Shown here: positions 31,470 to 42,022 of the stretch, one piece after another
How the letters are laid out: each line of letters begins with the position of its first letter
Numbering within the stretch: position 1 is the first letter of the stretch
Assembly: GCA_000091205.1 (NCBI GenBank)
Contig: AP006496.2
Source: Cyanidioschyzon merolae
Taxonomy: Eukaryota
Strand: one strand, 5' to 3'
DNA: 64,000 nucleotides
The notes under the pieces: generated by a model
Databases searched by the model: none
What the model saw: only the letters and a program-made list of their open reading frames with translations
What the model was told of the DNA's origin: nothing
Translations under genes and position numbers: made by a program

Positions 31470-33212
31470 ATGCCTGTGGTGTCTGCGCAAGAGCGTGATG
31501 TCGTCGAGGCTAGTTCGCGTGAGGCGACGCATTCAGGGTACGTCTTGCGGGCCAGTGGAGAGCTTTCTTCGACCGCCGCTGAGTCGAGTTCCGCTCCGGA
31601 GGTACCTCGAACGCCTTCCGGAGCGGCTGGCTGCACCGCACTGCTTTCTGCTACCTTGACACCTACGGGGTCTCGAAGCAACGACTCGGGTAACGCGGAG
31701 ACCTCGACAAGAAGCGCGCTGGGCACTGCAGTAGGTGTTGTTCGTGTTGCTGGCGCCCCTGCTCGTCCACCTTCTACGACTACGACTGTTACTGCTACTG
31801 CTGCTACTGCCGCTACTGCTGCTACTGCTGCTACTGCTGCTACTGCCGCTACTGCTGCTACTGCCGCTACTGCTGCTACTGCCGCTACTGCTGCTACTGC
31901 CGCTACTGCTGCTACTGCCGCTACTGCTGCTACTGCTGCTACTGCTGCTACTGCTGCGTCATCGCCTCAGCCGAGCACCTCAGGGTCTGGAGGAGCCCCT
32001 GTCACAGAACCGAGTCGCCCGCGCTCGCAGCGTCTCTCGTGGTTCACCATCGCTCGTCGACTCTTATCGCACGGAGGGAAGAAACTCGAACTCGCCAGTT
32101 TCTTGAATGCGCTGCTTTTCCTCGGCCTCTTGACCAACTTGCACCTGACATATGTGAATCGAGCGGGCTGTGCCCCGACCCTATTGGAGCAAATGGCTCA
32201 GTTCCACCCGGAAGCACGACACGATCCGGCTCTGCTCCTGCGCCGCTACGACCTCGTCCAAGTACAAGTAGTGCCGACGCCACTCCCGCTGCAACACTTT
32301 CACAACACCTGGTCTGGCCTGCAGCCACTGTGGGAGCGGTTGTTGCCTCGTCCGCAACGGTACCAGTTCGCTACAGAAAAGGGATTTTTGCTACTAAGTG
32401 AACAGGCCAGACGAAGCCACAACATCTCCGAGTTGCATCTGGAGCTGACGACGAAAGATACGTGCTATGGTGCGTCACCATTCATGCGCGGTATTCTCAA
32501 GTACATTGTCGGTAGTGAAACCGTCGTTCTGAACGCTTTTGCGTATCTGCTGCAGTATGGCCTCCGACACGGCCACAGTAGTGGTCAGCGGTCGCTCGGC
32601 ACGGATGGGTACGTGCTCAACGTGCAGAGCGGTGATATCTATAACATCGGTCGGGTATTTATCGGGGAACTATACGCGCGCTCCGCTTACTTTACCGATG
32701 TCTTTCTGTTGAAAACGGGCGTGTTACTAACGTCAGCATATGTGATGTTCACCATAGGTGCACTGATCGCGTTTGCGTTACGGGAAGTGCAGTCAAGGAT
32801 CATGAAGTTAGCACTGGAGATCCAGAATGCTCGGAATCGCACGCCATATGCCGGAGCGCTGTTTAGCAGTTCGATTCATGCGCTGGTGCTGGTTCCGATT
32901 ATTACAGGTATCCTTTTCTTTCTTTTTGAATTCTTCGATAATCAGCTGCTTGCGTTTTGCGTGCTCGTTGTCGCATGGATTGCGGAGGTGACGGTCATGT
33001 TGGGCTGGCGGAGCGGCCTCTCGATCTACATCCTTCCGCGGGCGTTTGCAGCGTACTTGTTAGCATTTCATATTTACTTTTTCTCGTTTCCCCTGGGTTT
33101 TAGCTGGTTAGCGCTCTTCACCTGTGCCGCGTTCATGCAGCACACTGTTTTTCTGGTTTTCTCTCGGTTCGAGTCACCGCGGCTTCGCGCTGAGGCAACA
33201 ACGCAGCGATGA
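31470..33212 (+). CDS. Hypothetical multi-pass membrane protein with internal (Ala-Ala-Thr)n low-complexity tract
   Basis: 580-aa ORF. The N-terminal half is Ser/Ala/Thr-rich and includes ~20 x AAT encoded by a GCT-ACT-GC[C/T] repeat. The C-terminal ~250 aa contains 5-6 hydrophobic helices ('LLTSAYVMFTIGALIAFAL', 'ALVLVPIITGILFFLFEFF', 'LAFCVLVVAWIAEVTVMLGW', 'AAYLLAFHIYFFSFPLGFSWLALF'). Confidence 0.45.
   Translation: MPVVSAQERDVVEASSREATHSGYVLRASGELSSTAAESSSAPEVPRTPSGAAGCTALLSATLTPTGSRSNDSGNAETSTRSALGTAVGVVRVAGAPARPPSTTTTVTATAATAATAATAATAATAATAATAATAATAATAATAATAATAATAATAATAATAASSPQPSTSGSGGAPVTEPSRPRSQRLSWFTIARRLLSHGGKKLELASFLNALLFLGLLTNLHLTYVNRAGCAPTLLEQMAQFHPEARHDPALLLRRYDLVQVQVVPTPLPLQHFHNTWSGLQPLWERLLPRPQRYQFATEKGFLLLSEQARRSHNISELHLELTTKDTCYGASPFMRGILKYIVGSETVVLNAFAYLLQYGLRHGHSSGQRSLGTDGYVLNVQSGDIYNIGRVFIGELYARSAYFTDVFLLKTGVLLTSAYVMFTIGALIAFALREVQSRIMKLALEIQNARNRTPYAGALFSSSIHALVLVPIITGILFFLFEFFDNQLLAFCVLVVAWIAEVTVMLGWRSGLSIYILPRAFAAYLLAFHIYFFSFPLGFSWLALFTCAAFMQHTVFLVFSRFESPRLRAEATTQR
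31782..31955. repeat. Imperfect 9-bp (GCTGCTACT / GCCGCTACT)n coding microsatellite, ~19 units
   Basis: Direct reading 'gctactgctgctactgccgctactgct…'. Translates as (AAT)n in the CDS frame, poly-Leu in another, and (SSS/GSS)n on the reverse strand. Confidence 0.9.
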
Positions 33213-33923
33213 AGAGCGCCCGGGACTAGGACGCAGCGCACTGCATGCTTGGCGATGCGCGGGTACCATGTATAACGTGCTGCGCTCCTTGAAAAGTGTT
33301 TCTTGATTCGATGGTTTTGTTTGCAGCTTCATCGGTGCGAATGGCTGCTTGGTTGGCTTGCGACGGGTAATGCACAGCGCTTGCGTGGTGTCTCAGGCAG
33401 CTTTACGCTTGGACAACTTGCAAGCATGCCAGAAACGCCAGCACTTGTACCACTTTGGTGCATGCGAGACCACCGTGTGACGGTGCGATTTTGCATTTCG
33501 CGTGAGTACGTGCTATAGAGGGCGCGGCGGATGTCTGGCGCTGGACCAGGAACGGGCATTGCTGACGACTCCATCACGCTTTCTGGCGAGCGTATGCAAC
33601 AATCCTCCTTTCCGTGGTCAGGGTCGATGCCTATATGAGCAATTCGTATTGGTTGCATGGGTAGCGCGAGCGTTTCGTGCTACATGCGCTCGTCGTCCGC
33701 TGTGCAGCAGCAGGCAGACGCGTATCCTGGACAACAAATGCGCCGGCCAACCAGACGACGGGCAACGATTCGGTACGGTAAACGAAGCAACTTCAGTCAT
33801 ACCGAGTCCGGGTTGCTTGTGCGTGGGCAAAAGATGACTCTCGTTCCATTCGAGTTCAAACGAGCGTCGTGAATCGCCACTGCCGCAACATCGCTGATGA
33901 GTGAAGTACCCGCCGCGCCAGCG

Positions 33924-34448
33924 TCAGTCTCCGGGGAGGCGCACCAGATCGCGCCTCTTGCTCGGAGTTGGCTTTGGTGGATCTCCCGTGGGCGACAAGT
34001 CTGGAGAAATCGCCATCGATCCCGGTGTTGTTGTTATTGCTGTTGTTCTTGTCCCCGTTGCTGTCGTCGGAGGGGGTGCTTGCCGCACAGGCGCCGTACT
34101 GGCACCAGTGTGTGGCGTACGCGCACCGGCACGACGCTGGGCGTTCTCGGCGCCGTCCCGAGACGAACTTGGAGTCTCCTTCTTTCCAGGAGCGACGCCC
34201 TTCAACCTGAGCTCATAAGCCCGGACTTTGGCCGACACGTCACCGTCGCTTTCGTTCAAGTTCTGTCCATTATGTTTCTCGTGGAGTGCTGTGTAGTGAG
34301 CGATTTTCTCCCGAACCGTCCCGGACGAAGTATCGAGAGAATCATTGACGCTTTGTTCGATTGAAGAATTCGCACTCTTACTAACCGTCTCAAAAAACTC
34401 CTTCGCGGATCGTACGCTTAAGCTTGAGTTTAAAGTCTGTTGGGACAT
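33924..34448 (-). CDS. Hypothetical acidic/Ser-Thr-rich protein (174 aa)
   Basis: ORF with protein-like composition ('…KIAHYTALHEKHNGQNLNESDGDVSAKVRAYELRLKGV…'). The overlapping plus-strand ORF is Cys-rich low complexity and less convincing. No family recognised. Confidence 0.22.
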   Translation of the reverse strand: MSQQTLNSSLSVRSAKEFFETVSKSANSSIEQSVNDSLDTSSGTVREKIAHYTALHEKHNGQNLNESDGDVSAKVRAYELRLKGVAPGKKETPSSSRDGAENAQRRAGARTPHTGASTAPVRQAPPPTTATGTRTTAITTTPGSMAISPDLSPTGDPPKPTPSKRRDLVRLPGD

Positions 34449-34887
34449 GGATAGAAGTTTTCAGAGTCTATTGTCAGGTGTGCAGGTTGCGGGAAAAACG
34501 AATTTGCTGCGATGCGTGTCTGCGGCCGCAGGCGACGTCACGGCGGGAAAAACGGCTGTTGTCGCTCACGTGCAATGACGATCATGATGATCATGATAAT
34601 GATGATGGCTATGCCGTCCAGCAAATTCATTGGCATTGCAGCCTTCGGTTTTGAAAGCTTCTACATTCCTTTACTTGTCTGGGCGAATTCCAAGCAAGCA
34701 TCTGCCTCAAACGGTACCATAAAGAGAAAGCATTTGGATACCTCGCTCTCTCTACGTGAGCTTTGGAGATTCAGCGGGGGCTATTGCATGTTTCCAGCAC
34801 GCAGCAGCTACGTCATTCGTGTAGCGACTCGGACGCGTCGTGATCGGCGGTTCTATAATTGTACGTACTTACGCCGGTGTACAAAAA

Positions 34888-35045
34888 CACATCTAGATGC
34901 ATCGATCACTCAACGCAATCCGCATTGCACTGCCACGGTGATCGTAGATATCAACGTAAGTGCGCCTGCATACAAGCACATCTAGATGCATCGATCACTC
35001 AACGCAATCCGCATTGCACTGCCACGATGATCGTAGGTAGAAACG
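34888..35045. repeat. ~89-bp tandem duplication (2 units)
   Basis: 'acacatctagatgcatcgatcactcaacgcaatccgcattgcactgccacg[g/a]tgatcgtag…' is repeated starting at 34888 and 34977. Confidence 0.85.
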
Positions 35046-36220
35046 TTGGCTCCAAAGCGAAATCCCCTCGTGCTACGATGTTTGTTGGAATAGGATCGAA
35101 CAGTTCAACGAAACGTTCCAGAATGCGTGGGCGCTTCCAGAGAGAAGGCTGTGGATCTCAGCGCTTCAAGCGGTGCGATCCCGTCGTGCGGTTTTGAAAA
35201 TGATGCTATTTCCGGCAGCAGCGACTGGATCGATTCAGACGCTTGCTTGGCATCAAGCCGGTCTCGAACGGTCGCTGCACCTTCACCACCAGCACATCCA
35301 GCGTCACTGGGGTCATGCTGCGCAGACAGCACTGCCCTACAGAGCCTTGACGAGTATCCGCTGACAGAACGGCGCCCTATCGAGCCAACGCATACCGCAA
35401 CGGATGATTCGGGAGAGGCGCTGGCTGATGCAGTATGGCGAGAAAGTAGCGTTTTGTCCAAATGTTCTGTACCATGCGCAGATCAGACGCTTCGGATGGA
35501 CGAATGTATCTGGTTCGTCAACGGACGATCAAACTCGAACGGCGACAGCACGACGTGATTTGCCGACAATTGCTGCATTTTTGAAATGAAAGCCGCTCGT
35601 CGGAGCGACGCTGCACCGTTCCATATCGTTATGCGGGAGCGTCTCGTCGGCAGTTGGGAGCTTGTTGTCGTCGGCATATGCCGCTGAGCGCAGGCACGAC
35701 GACCAAACTGCAAGTTCACGAAGCAGGGTGCGTCATGCCCGCCAACAGCGCCGTCAGGAGCCAAAAGCGTCGAGAAGCAGACGCTGCTTTCAGCTGCTCG
35801 CCGGAGATAGCGCTCACCTAGGCTCCACGTTCATGCAGCAGAACTCTCTTACAGCATGGGATACTGTACCGTTGCGACGGTAGCAATGCCAGTGAGTACG
35901 TTCGCGTTGCGTTTTCTGTGCTGAAACCAGGTGATTTGCACTGTTCGAAGCGCCCCGTCATCCCAGCATAGGCCAACTGGATGCTGGCACTGCAGATTTC
36001 TCCTGAACCGGGTCGACGGAACTTGGATGCAGCGCGCGGTCCACAAGCTGCAGCACGTTTACAGAAGAACAAGGCTCGCGTAGACAATCAACGAACGAGT
36101 GCGACCTGCTCACCCTGGGGTATGCTCGATACCGAGCATCGCATCAGCGTTTGTCCAGGGGTACCCCATACCGCCAGACACATCCGTATCGTGAACGCGA
36201 TGACAAAGTCGCGTATGACC

Positions 36221-39200
36221 TCAAATGGACTCGGCGACTTTGGACTTGTGAACGAGGTCAGCCAAGTTGTCGAGGAAGAGACTCGGCGTCAGGAGATGCG
36301 TACCGCCTATGTAGACGTCGAGGTTCGGCATCTGCCGTGCGAACGTAGCCGCTATCCGACACTCTGTGCGCGTAAGGCCGCCAATAAAAAAGATCATCAG
36401 CACATCCTGGGATGGTGCACTCGACTGGGTGCTCACGGGGCGTGCTTCCACCAACGCACTCGTCGACGAAGCAGCGCAGTTGCGGCATGCATCATGTTCG
36501 CTCGAAGCCGAACGAATCTCCATAGCGGACTGAGAGACATGGGCGCCTGTCGGGAGCAGCGCATCCTGCTCAAGGACGCTACCTATCGACTGTAATGGGC
36601 TCGGCTGTCCGCTGCGTACTGGAGGCGTCCTCATTTGCAGTCCAGACGGGAGATATTCTTGGTACCGTTGCGTTCTGGTGTGTGTGGTTGAGGGCGCCGC
36701 TGTCGTCGACATGAAGGCACGGGCTGCCGTCGACGTGCTCGTCGAGGTAGCGTCTGCTCCTGGACTCGAGTCGATCGAAGGCGACACTGGGTTTTCAGAT
36801 GTGTTTCCTGCGGCTGCACAGCGACCGAGAATCTCGAGCAACAGCGGTGCACCATCACGAGCTCGTCGCTGTCTTTTGATTGGTTCTGCACTGTGACGCT
36901 CTGCCCGCAGGCACTCGATAAAGGCACGAAGGCTGGCTCGACCGCGGTCGTCGATCTGGGCTTTGGCCATCCAGCGTACCAGCAGGTTCGCGTCTGCACC
37001 GCGGCACGCTACCCAGAGGAGGATAAGACGCAACTTGGCGGAGGGTTCAACGTTGGGCTGTTGGAGCAGGGCCTCAACTTGTTGCTGCTGCTCTGCGCGT
37101 CGTACTTTTTTGCCGCTCCGGGGATCCTTGCCTGTCACCAGAATCGCCTCGAGTTGTACGATACTCGCCATGTAGCGTGACTGGTACAAGGCGGTGCATT
37201 TTTCAAGCTGATCCAGGTGGAAGCTGAGTCGTTCGACCACTCGCTGATATTCGACTACAGACTTGTCACCGAGAGTCGCGTTGGCTGACCCCTCGTTTCG
37301 AGGTCTGGAGCGAGCACTGCCCAGCGCGAACTCGCGCTGACTCGACTGACTGGCGTGTCCAGTCTCTATGAGAAACCTGTCCAGTTCAACATGTGCACTC
37401 GATGCTGCCTCGTGGATATCGAGATAGCGCAAACGCAGCCACGTTGGATCGTCAGGCGTATTCAAAGTCAGCGGTATGCTCCCGATCGACGTTGTCTTGA
37501 ACAAACTACGCTGCGGCTTGACCACAATACTCGTTGGATGACTATCGACCGGAACCGGGAACATGTCGTGCAAGAAGGCATCGTACGCGAGATCATGTCG
37601 CAGTGGTGTCAGCGGGTCCGTCGCTCGATCAATGAGCACGAGACGGACGCTGCGGCGACGATACCGGCTGCGAGAAGTACCAGTACCTGCTGCTCGCAGC
37701 TCGTCTGACGGTGCTTCTGTACAAGCGCTTGGTACAGAAGCCGTAACGTAGACGGCTTCAGCGGTAGACCGGGACGTTTCCGCGTTCATAGCCGCACGAA
37801 GCGCGTCCGCAATACCCATGGCGACGCTGCTGGCAATATGGGTGGTATGGATCTCAATCTTTGGCAGCTCAAGCCCGAGGATTTGCAATACCGAGGCGAG
37901 CTGATCACCCAGTTGCTTGCATGCCCGCTTCCATTGGGTACTCGAGTCGCCTTGCTCCGGCCTGTTACCGGATGGTCCGGTGTTCCGACCGTAGAACGTT
38001 CCAAAAAGCTCCGGCAGCTCGAAAGAGAACGCGTAGTCATCGATTGGGACTAGGTCGGCATGGAGCTCCCTAACTTGCAAACTGGCGTGCATCCCGCCTA
38101 GACTTGTTCGGACTACATCGAGCAACGGACTCGTTATCGACCGGATAGCCAAGAGCAATACGTCGAAACGGCGTTGGTGTCGAGTCGACGTTGGTGTTGG
38201 CGTCGATGATGAGGCTCGCGGTGAGAGCCCTGTGCACACCTGTGCGACCTGTGCGAGCGAGGTATCGTCCCCAGTAACCAGGAAGATGGTGTTCGTTCGC
38301 GACGGCAGGTTCTTCAGCTGTGCCGCTTCTTCGAGGGACTCAACGCCAGTGATCCCGTGGTCAGCAAGATCCGATAAACGGCAGACAGCGGCGAGGATAT
38401 GTGTGCAACGTGCATCCAAAACGAGCGTTTCCCAGCAGCCGTGTCGCGGGCGGATACTCCCGAACGTGGCCCCAACGAAGCGCATACGCAGAGCCTCTCT
38501 CAGACTGGGAGTCGATCGTAGGGTCTGTGAGACGCCGGGCGTCTCTGGTGGACGCTTCGGACCAGTGCTACGCTGCGGTGGTATGGAGTGCTTGTCGGGG
38601 GCCGTGCCACCACCGCCACCGCCAACGGTGCCACAGGCACTGGAAAGCGCAGCGATGGACAGGGTTGTTCGCTTTTCGAGCTCTGTTTCTTCATCGTCTG
38701 CTCTCTGAAGCCTCCGTTTGGCATTGTTTCGCTGCCGCTGACGACGTCGGTAGACGTAGTAGAGCGCCCCGAGTACGGCTGCCAAACCAAGGACGACGCT
38801 GGCAACCACACCGCCGATGACACCAGCGTTGCTGCTGCTGCTAGAGGATGAAGATCCCTGCTGCTGCTGCTGCGAGGACGACGACGACGACGGTGCTGGT
38901 TCCGCTGTAGGAGCAACTTCTGCTACGTCTATCGTCCCGCTGGGGCAAGTCGCCAGTATGCCGGTATCGAACGTGAGTCTACCACCACACACATACGACT
39001 GCAAACGAGCGGATGCGAGCGCTGTACCGTTCGCGCTTGCGTACGGACTCGAGTCCGTAACGAGACTGTAGTAGGACGCGTAGACGGAGCCCGCTCGCAC
39101 GCCCACAAGCCACGTCGTTTGGAAGCCGAGGCGAGTATCTAATGCCGACCGAATCACAACATCTATAGCACCAGCGTAATCGCTCAGGTTCATCGCTGGG

Positions 39201-40138
39201 AAATAGAGAGTATAGGCGAGACGAATGCCGTGCGTCTCGTTCACCGGGGTGATCCATGCGGGTGACGGTTCCACTGAGGGCACAGGATTGATGCTCTGCG
39301 GAGATGCAGCCGGTGTTGCCGCTGAAACCTGCACGGTACCGTCTACGGTCCAGTTCTGGAAAAGCAGTGGGCTATCGCCGGAGGCAAACAATCCTATGGT
39401 TCCGGAGAGCATTGCGTCTGTAGCTGTATCCACAAGGGTGCCCCATGGACTCCAACCGTTCAGACTCGCCTGGAATCCGCGTCCAATGGCGGTAAGTGTT
39501 AGGATGAAGGAGTCGCTGGCGTTCAGGCTCGGAACACTGGTGGCATTCGATGTCGCGAGCGTACGCCCCTGAAAGCCGGGTCGTAGTCTTTCCAGAGTCA
39601 GTGTCTGATTCGGACCCGTCCAAAGCAGCAGATAAAAATCGCTCACATCCCGTGCACGTGCAACGATACCCACAGTACTACTGTTGGCCGAAGCGTTAAC
39701 AGCGGCTGTCACGGTGTAGTCGGTCCAGTGCGCTATAGCGGTGCTGTTAACAAACAGCGCAAGGGCACCTTCGAAATCTGTTGACTCCAGGATCGTCGTG
39801 TTCGATGTTGCGTTTCCACTGCCCGCAGGCCCAGGCTCGTATAGTAACGTTCCATCGCTGAGAAGCGACCAGCTCGTTTCAGCAGACGCAGACGAACCCT
39901 CGCTCAGCACAAGGTACGAGCGGAGGCTCTCGAACGGCAGACTGCATGGACACGCACTGAAATTGAACGAATCGAGAGAGAAAAGCTCTGATACTTGAAC
40001 CGCCTGGCGCTCTAGATCAAGAATCAGCGCTCCAGCCAACTCAACGGATACAAGTGCAAGCAACAAACAAAAGAGAATAGCTACCCAGCCACGACACCAG
40101 CGTCGCATAGGAGGCCAATGTGCATGAGTTGCCAACAA
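36221..40138 (-). CDS. Sec1/Munc18 (SM) family protein fused in one ORF to an N-terminal signal peptide, N-glycosylation-rich ectodomain and single TM helix
   Basis: SM-domain start 'WETLVLDARCTHILAAVCRLSDLADHGITGVESLEEAAQLKNLPSRTNTIFLVTG'. SM C-terminus 'VLMIFFIGGLTRTECRIAATFARQMPNLDVYIGGTHLLTPSLFLDNL'. The N-terminus has a cleavable-looking signal ('…WVAILFCLLLALVSVELAGA'), more than 12 N-x-S/T sequons, the TM helix 'VIGGVVASVVLGLAAVLGALYYVY' and the stop-transfer 'RRRQRQR'. Confidence 0.7.
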   Translation of the reverse strand: MLATHAHWPPMRRWCRGWVAILFCLLLALVSVELAGALILDLERQAVQVSELFSLDSFNFSACPCSLPFESLRSYLVLSEGSSASAETSWSLLSDGTLLYEPGPAGSGNATSNTTILESTDFEGALALFVNSTAIAHWTDYTVTAAVNASANSSTVGIVARARDVSDFYLLLWTGPNQTLTLERLRPGFQGRTLATSNATSVPSLNASDSFILTLTAIGRGFQASLNGWSPWGTLVDTATDAMLSGTIGLFASGDSPLLFQNWTVDGTVQVSAATPAASPQSINPVPSVEPSPAWITPVNETHGIRLAYTLYFPAMNLSDYAGAIDVVIRSALDTRLGFQTTWLVGVRAGSVYASYYSLVTDSSPYASANGTALASARLQSYVCGGRLTFDTGILATCPSGTIDVAEVAPTAEPAPSSSSSSQQQQQGSSSSSSSSNAGVIGGVVASVVLGLAAVLGALYYVYRRRQRQRNNAKRRLQRADDEETELEKRTTLSIAALSSACGTVGGGGGGTAPDKHSIPPQRSTGPKRPPETPGVSQTLRSTPSLREALRMRFVGATFGSIRPRHGCWETLVLDARCTHILAAVCRLSDLADHGITGVESLEEAAQLKNLPSRTNTIFLVTGDDTSLAQVAQVCTGLSPRASSSTPTPTSTRHQRRFDVLLLAIRSITSPLLDVVRTSLGGMHASLQVRELHADLVPIDDYAFSFELPELFGTFYGRNTGPSGNRPEQGDSSTQWKRACKQLGDQLASVLQILGLELPKIEIHTTHIASSVAMGIADALRAAMNAETSRSTAEAVYVTASVPSACTEAPSDELRAAGTGTSRSRYRRRSVRLVLIDRATDPLTPLRHDLAYDAFLHDMFPVPVDSHPTSIVVKPQRSLFKTTSIGSIPLTLNTPDDPTWLRLRYLDIHEAASSAHVELDRFLIETGHASQSSQREFALGSARSRPRNEGSANATLGDKSVVEYQRVVERLSFHLDQLEKCTALYQSRYMASIVQLEAILVTGKDPRSGKKVRRAEQQQQVEALLQQPNVEPSAKLRLILLWVACRGADANLLVRWMAKAQIDDRGRASLRAFIECLRAERHSAEPIKRQRRARDGAPLLLEILGRCAAAGNTSENPVSPSIDSSPGADATSTSTSTAARAFMSTTAAPSTTHTRTQRYQEYLPSGLQMRTPPVRSGQPSPLQSIGSVLEQDALLPTGAHVSQSAMEIRSASSEHDACRNCAASSTSALVEARPVSTQSSAPSQDVLMIFFIGGLTRTECRIAATFARQMPNLDVYIGGTHLLTPSLFLDNLADLVHKSKVAESI

Positions 40139-40451
40139 GCCTCGTGTTGGTTGCCTCCTATGTGAGCGTTACCGCTGTCGCTCTCGTCACCAGGGTAACG
40201 AATGAGCCAGAAGGACGACACTTGGCATATGCGACTTGCGTCCACGCTAAACACCGTTACCTGAGCGACGACGCATCCAAAGCAACGGTGCTTTCCCCGA
40301 GGGATAGGTACGCTTTGCTCAGCAGCAGCGCGTAACGGACGCGTTCTAGGGGCGCGCGGCACAACGATCCGCATCGGGGCCATTTTCGCTCTGGAGGGCG
40401 CACCCCAGGCTCGACGTCGATTCTGTTCCACCTCTCCTAGTACCTCAGTGG

Positions 40452-41858
40452 TGTGTAGCAAGCGAACAAAGTCACTATGGAATGTACCCTGTAGATCGTA
40501 GAAGAATTGCCTGGAGGATATATTCTTTACTGAAAAGTTCAAGGAAGACTGCATCTCTCCTTCAGGTTAGTCATACCACGGTACTTAGATGGTTGAGGAA
40601 CGCTGAAAGGAAGAAGTACAAGCGCTCTGCACCTAAAACCGATATTCTCAAAGCGCGCTTGCGGGAAATGGTAGAAAACGACCCCTCGTTTACGTTACGG
40701 AAAGCAAAAGCGACGATAGAGGCCGCCACGGGCATCTCTGTTTCTCAACAGCTTGTTCGTGTGGTCCTGAAATCACTGGGATACCGTCGCAGAAAAGTCC
40801 AGCTTCACGCACGACCAACATCCACTGAAATCGCAACGACAGCGTTCATGGAGAGTCGCTATCGATATGAAGCCGAGTGACGCTGGTGTGTTTTTTCTGT
40901 CGATGAGACTTGCTTCGGGTGAAACGGGCGGTGCGTATATGGGTATTCGCGGAGCAGGGCGCTCATTGTACGTCTGTTGAAGCTCGAAGAGAGCGATGAT
41001 ATCCTCATCGGATTTATCTGGAGTGGGCCCGGGTGGCAGAATCACGTTCGCTCCTAGAGAAGGCGCACACAACAGCACCGACCTGGTCGATTCACTGGTG
41101 ACCTCTCCCTGACGTCTGGCGACGTGCTTCCAATGGACAATGTTGCATGTTACCATTCCCTTTGCGTTAGGGCTTTTGCCGATGATATCGGGGTCGAGTT
41201 GCTTTTCATTACTCCGTACGGTGCGTGATTCAACCTCAGCAAGGGAGTGTTTTTTATCATGCAACGTAATGATTGCTGCACTGGAGGAATCGCAGAAGCG
41301 TTCTGCACACAGCGACAAACCGGGAGCACAGGTCAGCTTTCTTGCGCAAACCCCGGTCTTCTTCGGGAACATCTCAACCTAGCGGCATAAAAAATGCATT
41401 CATTTTGAAGAAATAAGGGAATCCACGTGAAAGTAATGGACATGAAAGTCGGGGATACACGAGGGCCGTCATCGCCAGCCGCCTGGAAGAGAAACGGAAA
41501 AATCCTCTTCTCACCGAACATCGAGCGAAGAAGCGCAAGCGACGAAGAAGAAGGAGAAGGAGAAGAGGGGAGATCGTCGAGAAAACGTATTTGCCCAGCG
41601 GGACGAAGACGAGACTGTCGAAGCACAGCAGGCGCGAGCTCTACACAACCCTTGCAACGGTGAGTTCCACCAGCGGCAACAAATCGCAAAGAGTTCGTAA
41701 ACCGATCCTTCAACATCTCCATGAATACCAGACGATGTGCAGTGCTGTCGACCAGACCCGCAGAGCTGACGCGTTCCATCTTTGTAGTGTAGCCTCTGAA
41801 GCTCGAAGTATTCAAGGAGAAACTGAAGCCGATGCCAAGAGGCCCGTCGAAAAAAGAC
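40452..41858 (+). mobile_element. Tc1/mariner/IS630-superfamily-like transposon remnant, family 2 copy B (~1.41 kb, inverted relative to copy A)
   Basis: Reverse-complement match to 28484..29893 across all ORFs (199-aa ORF has 2 substitutions; the transposase-HTH ORF is identical over the shared part). Confidence 0.8.
40482..40880 (+). pseudogene. Truncated Tc1/mariner/IS630-type transposase HTH domain (copy B)
   Basis: Same 'YSLLKSSRKTASLLQVSHTTVLRWLRN…' sequence as 29468..29950. No DDE core follows. Confidence 0.6.
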
Positions 41859-42022
41859 TGAGAGGCTTCAGAGGATATATACACGCCCCATGATAGTGCA
41901 AAGAACTGCGTTTCATTGAACACGCGCTGACGCGAGTACAGTTTGGTTGCGCTTGTACTTGCGGTAACGCTACGTCTCGAAAAGCGCGCATTAACCTCAC
42001 AGATGCTTTTCTTGCACTTCCA

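Noticed and set aside
33897-34364. 155-aa plus-strand Cys-rich ORF ('CCCYCCCSCPRCCRRRGC')
   Set aside because: It is a low-complexity translation of a GT/GC-rich tract. The minus-strand ORF over the same region is more protein-like, though still low confidence.
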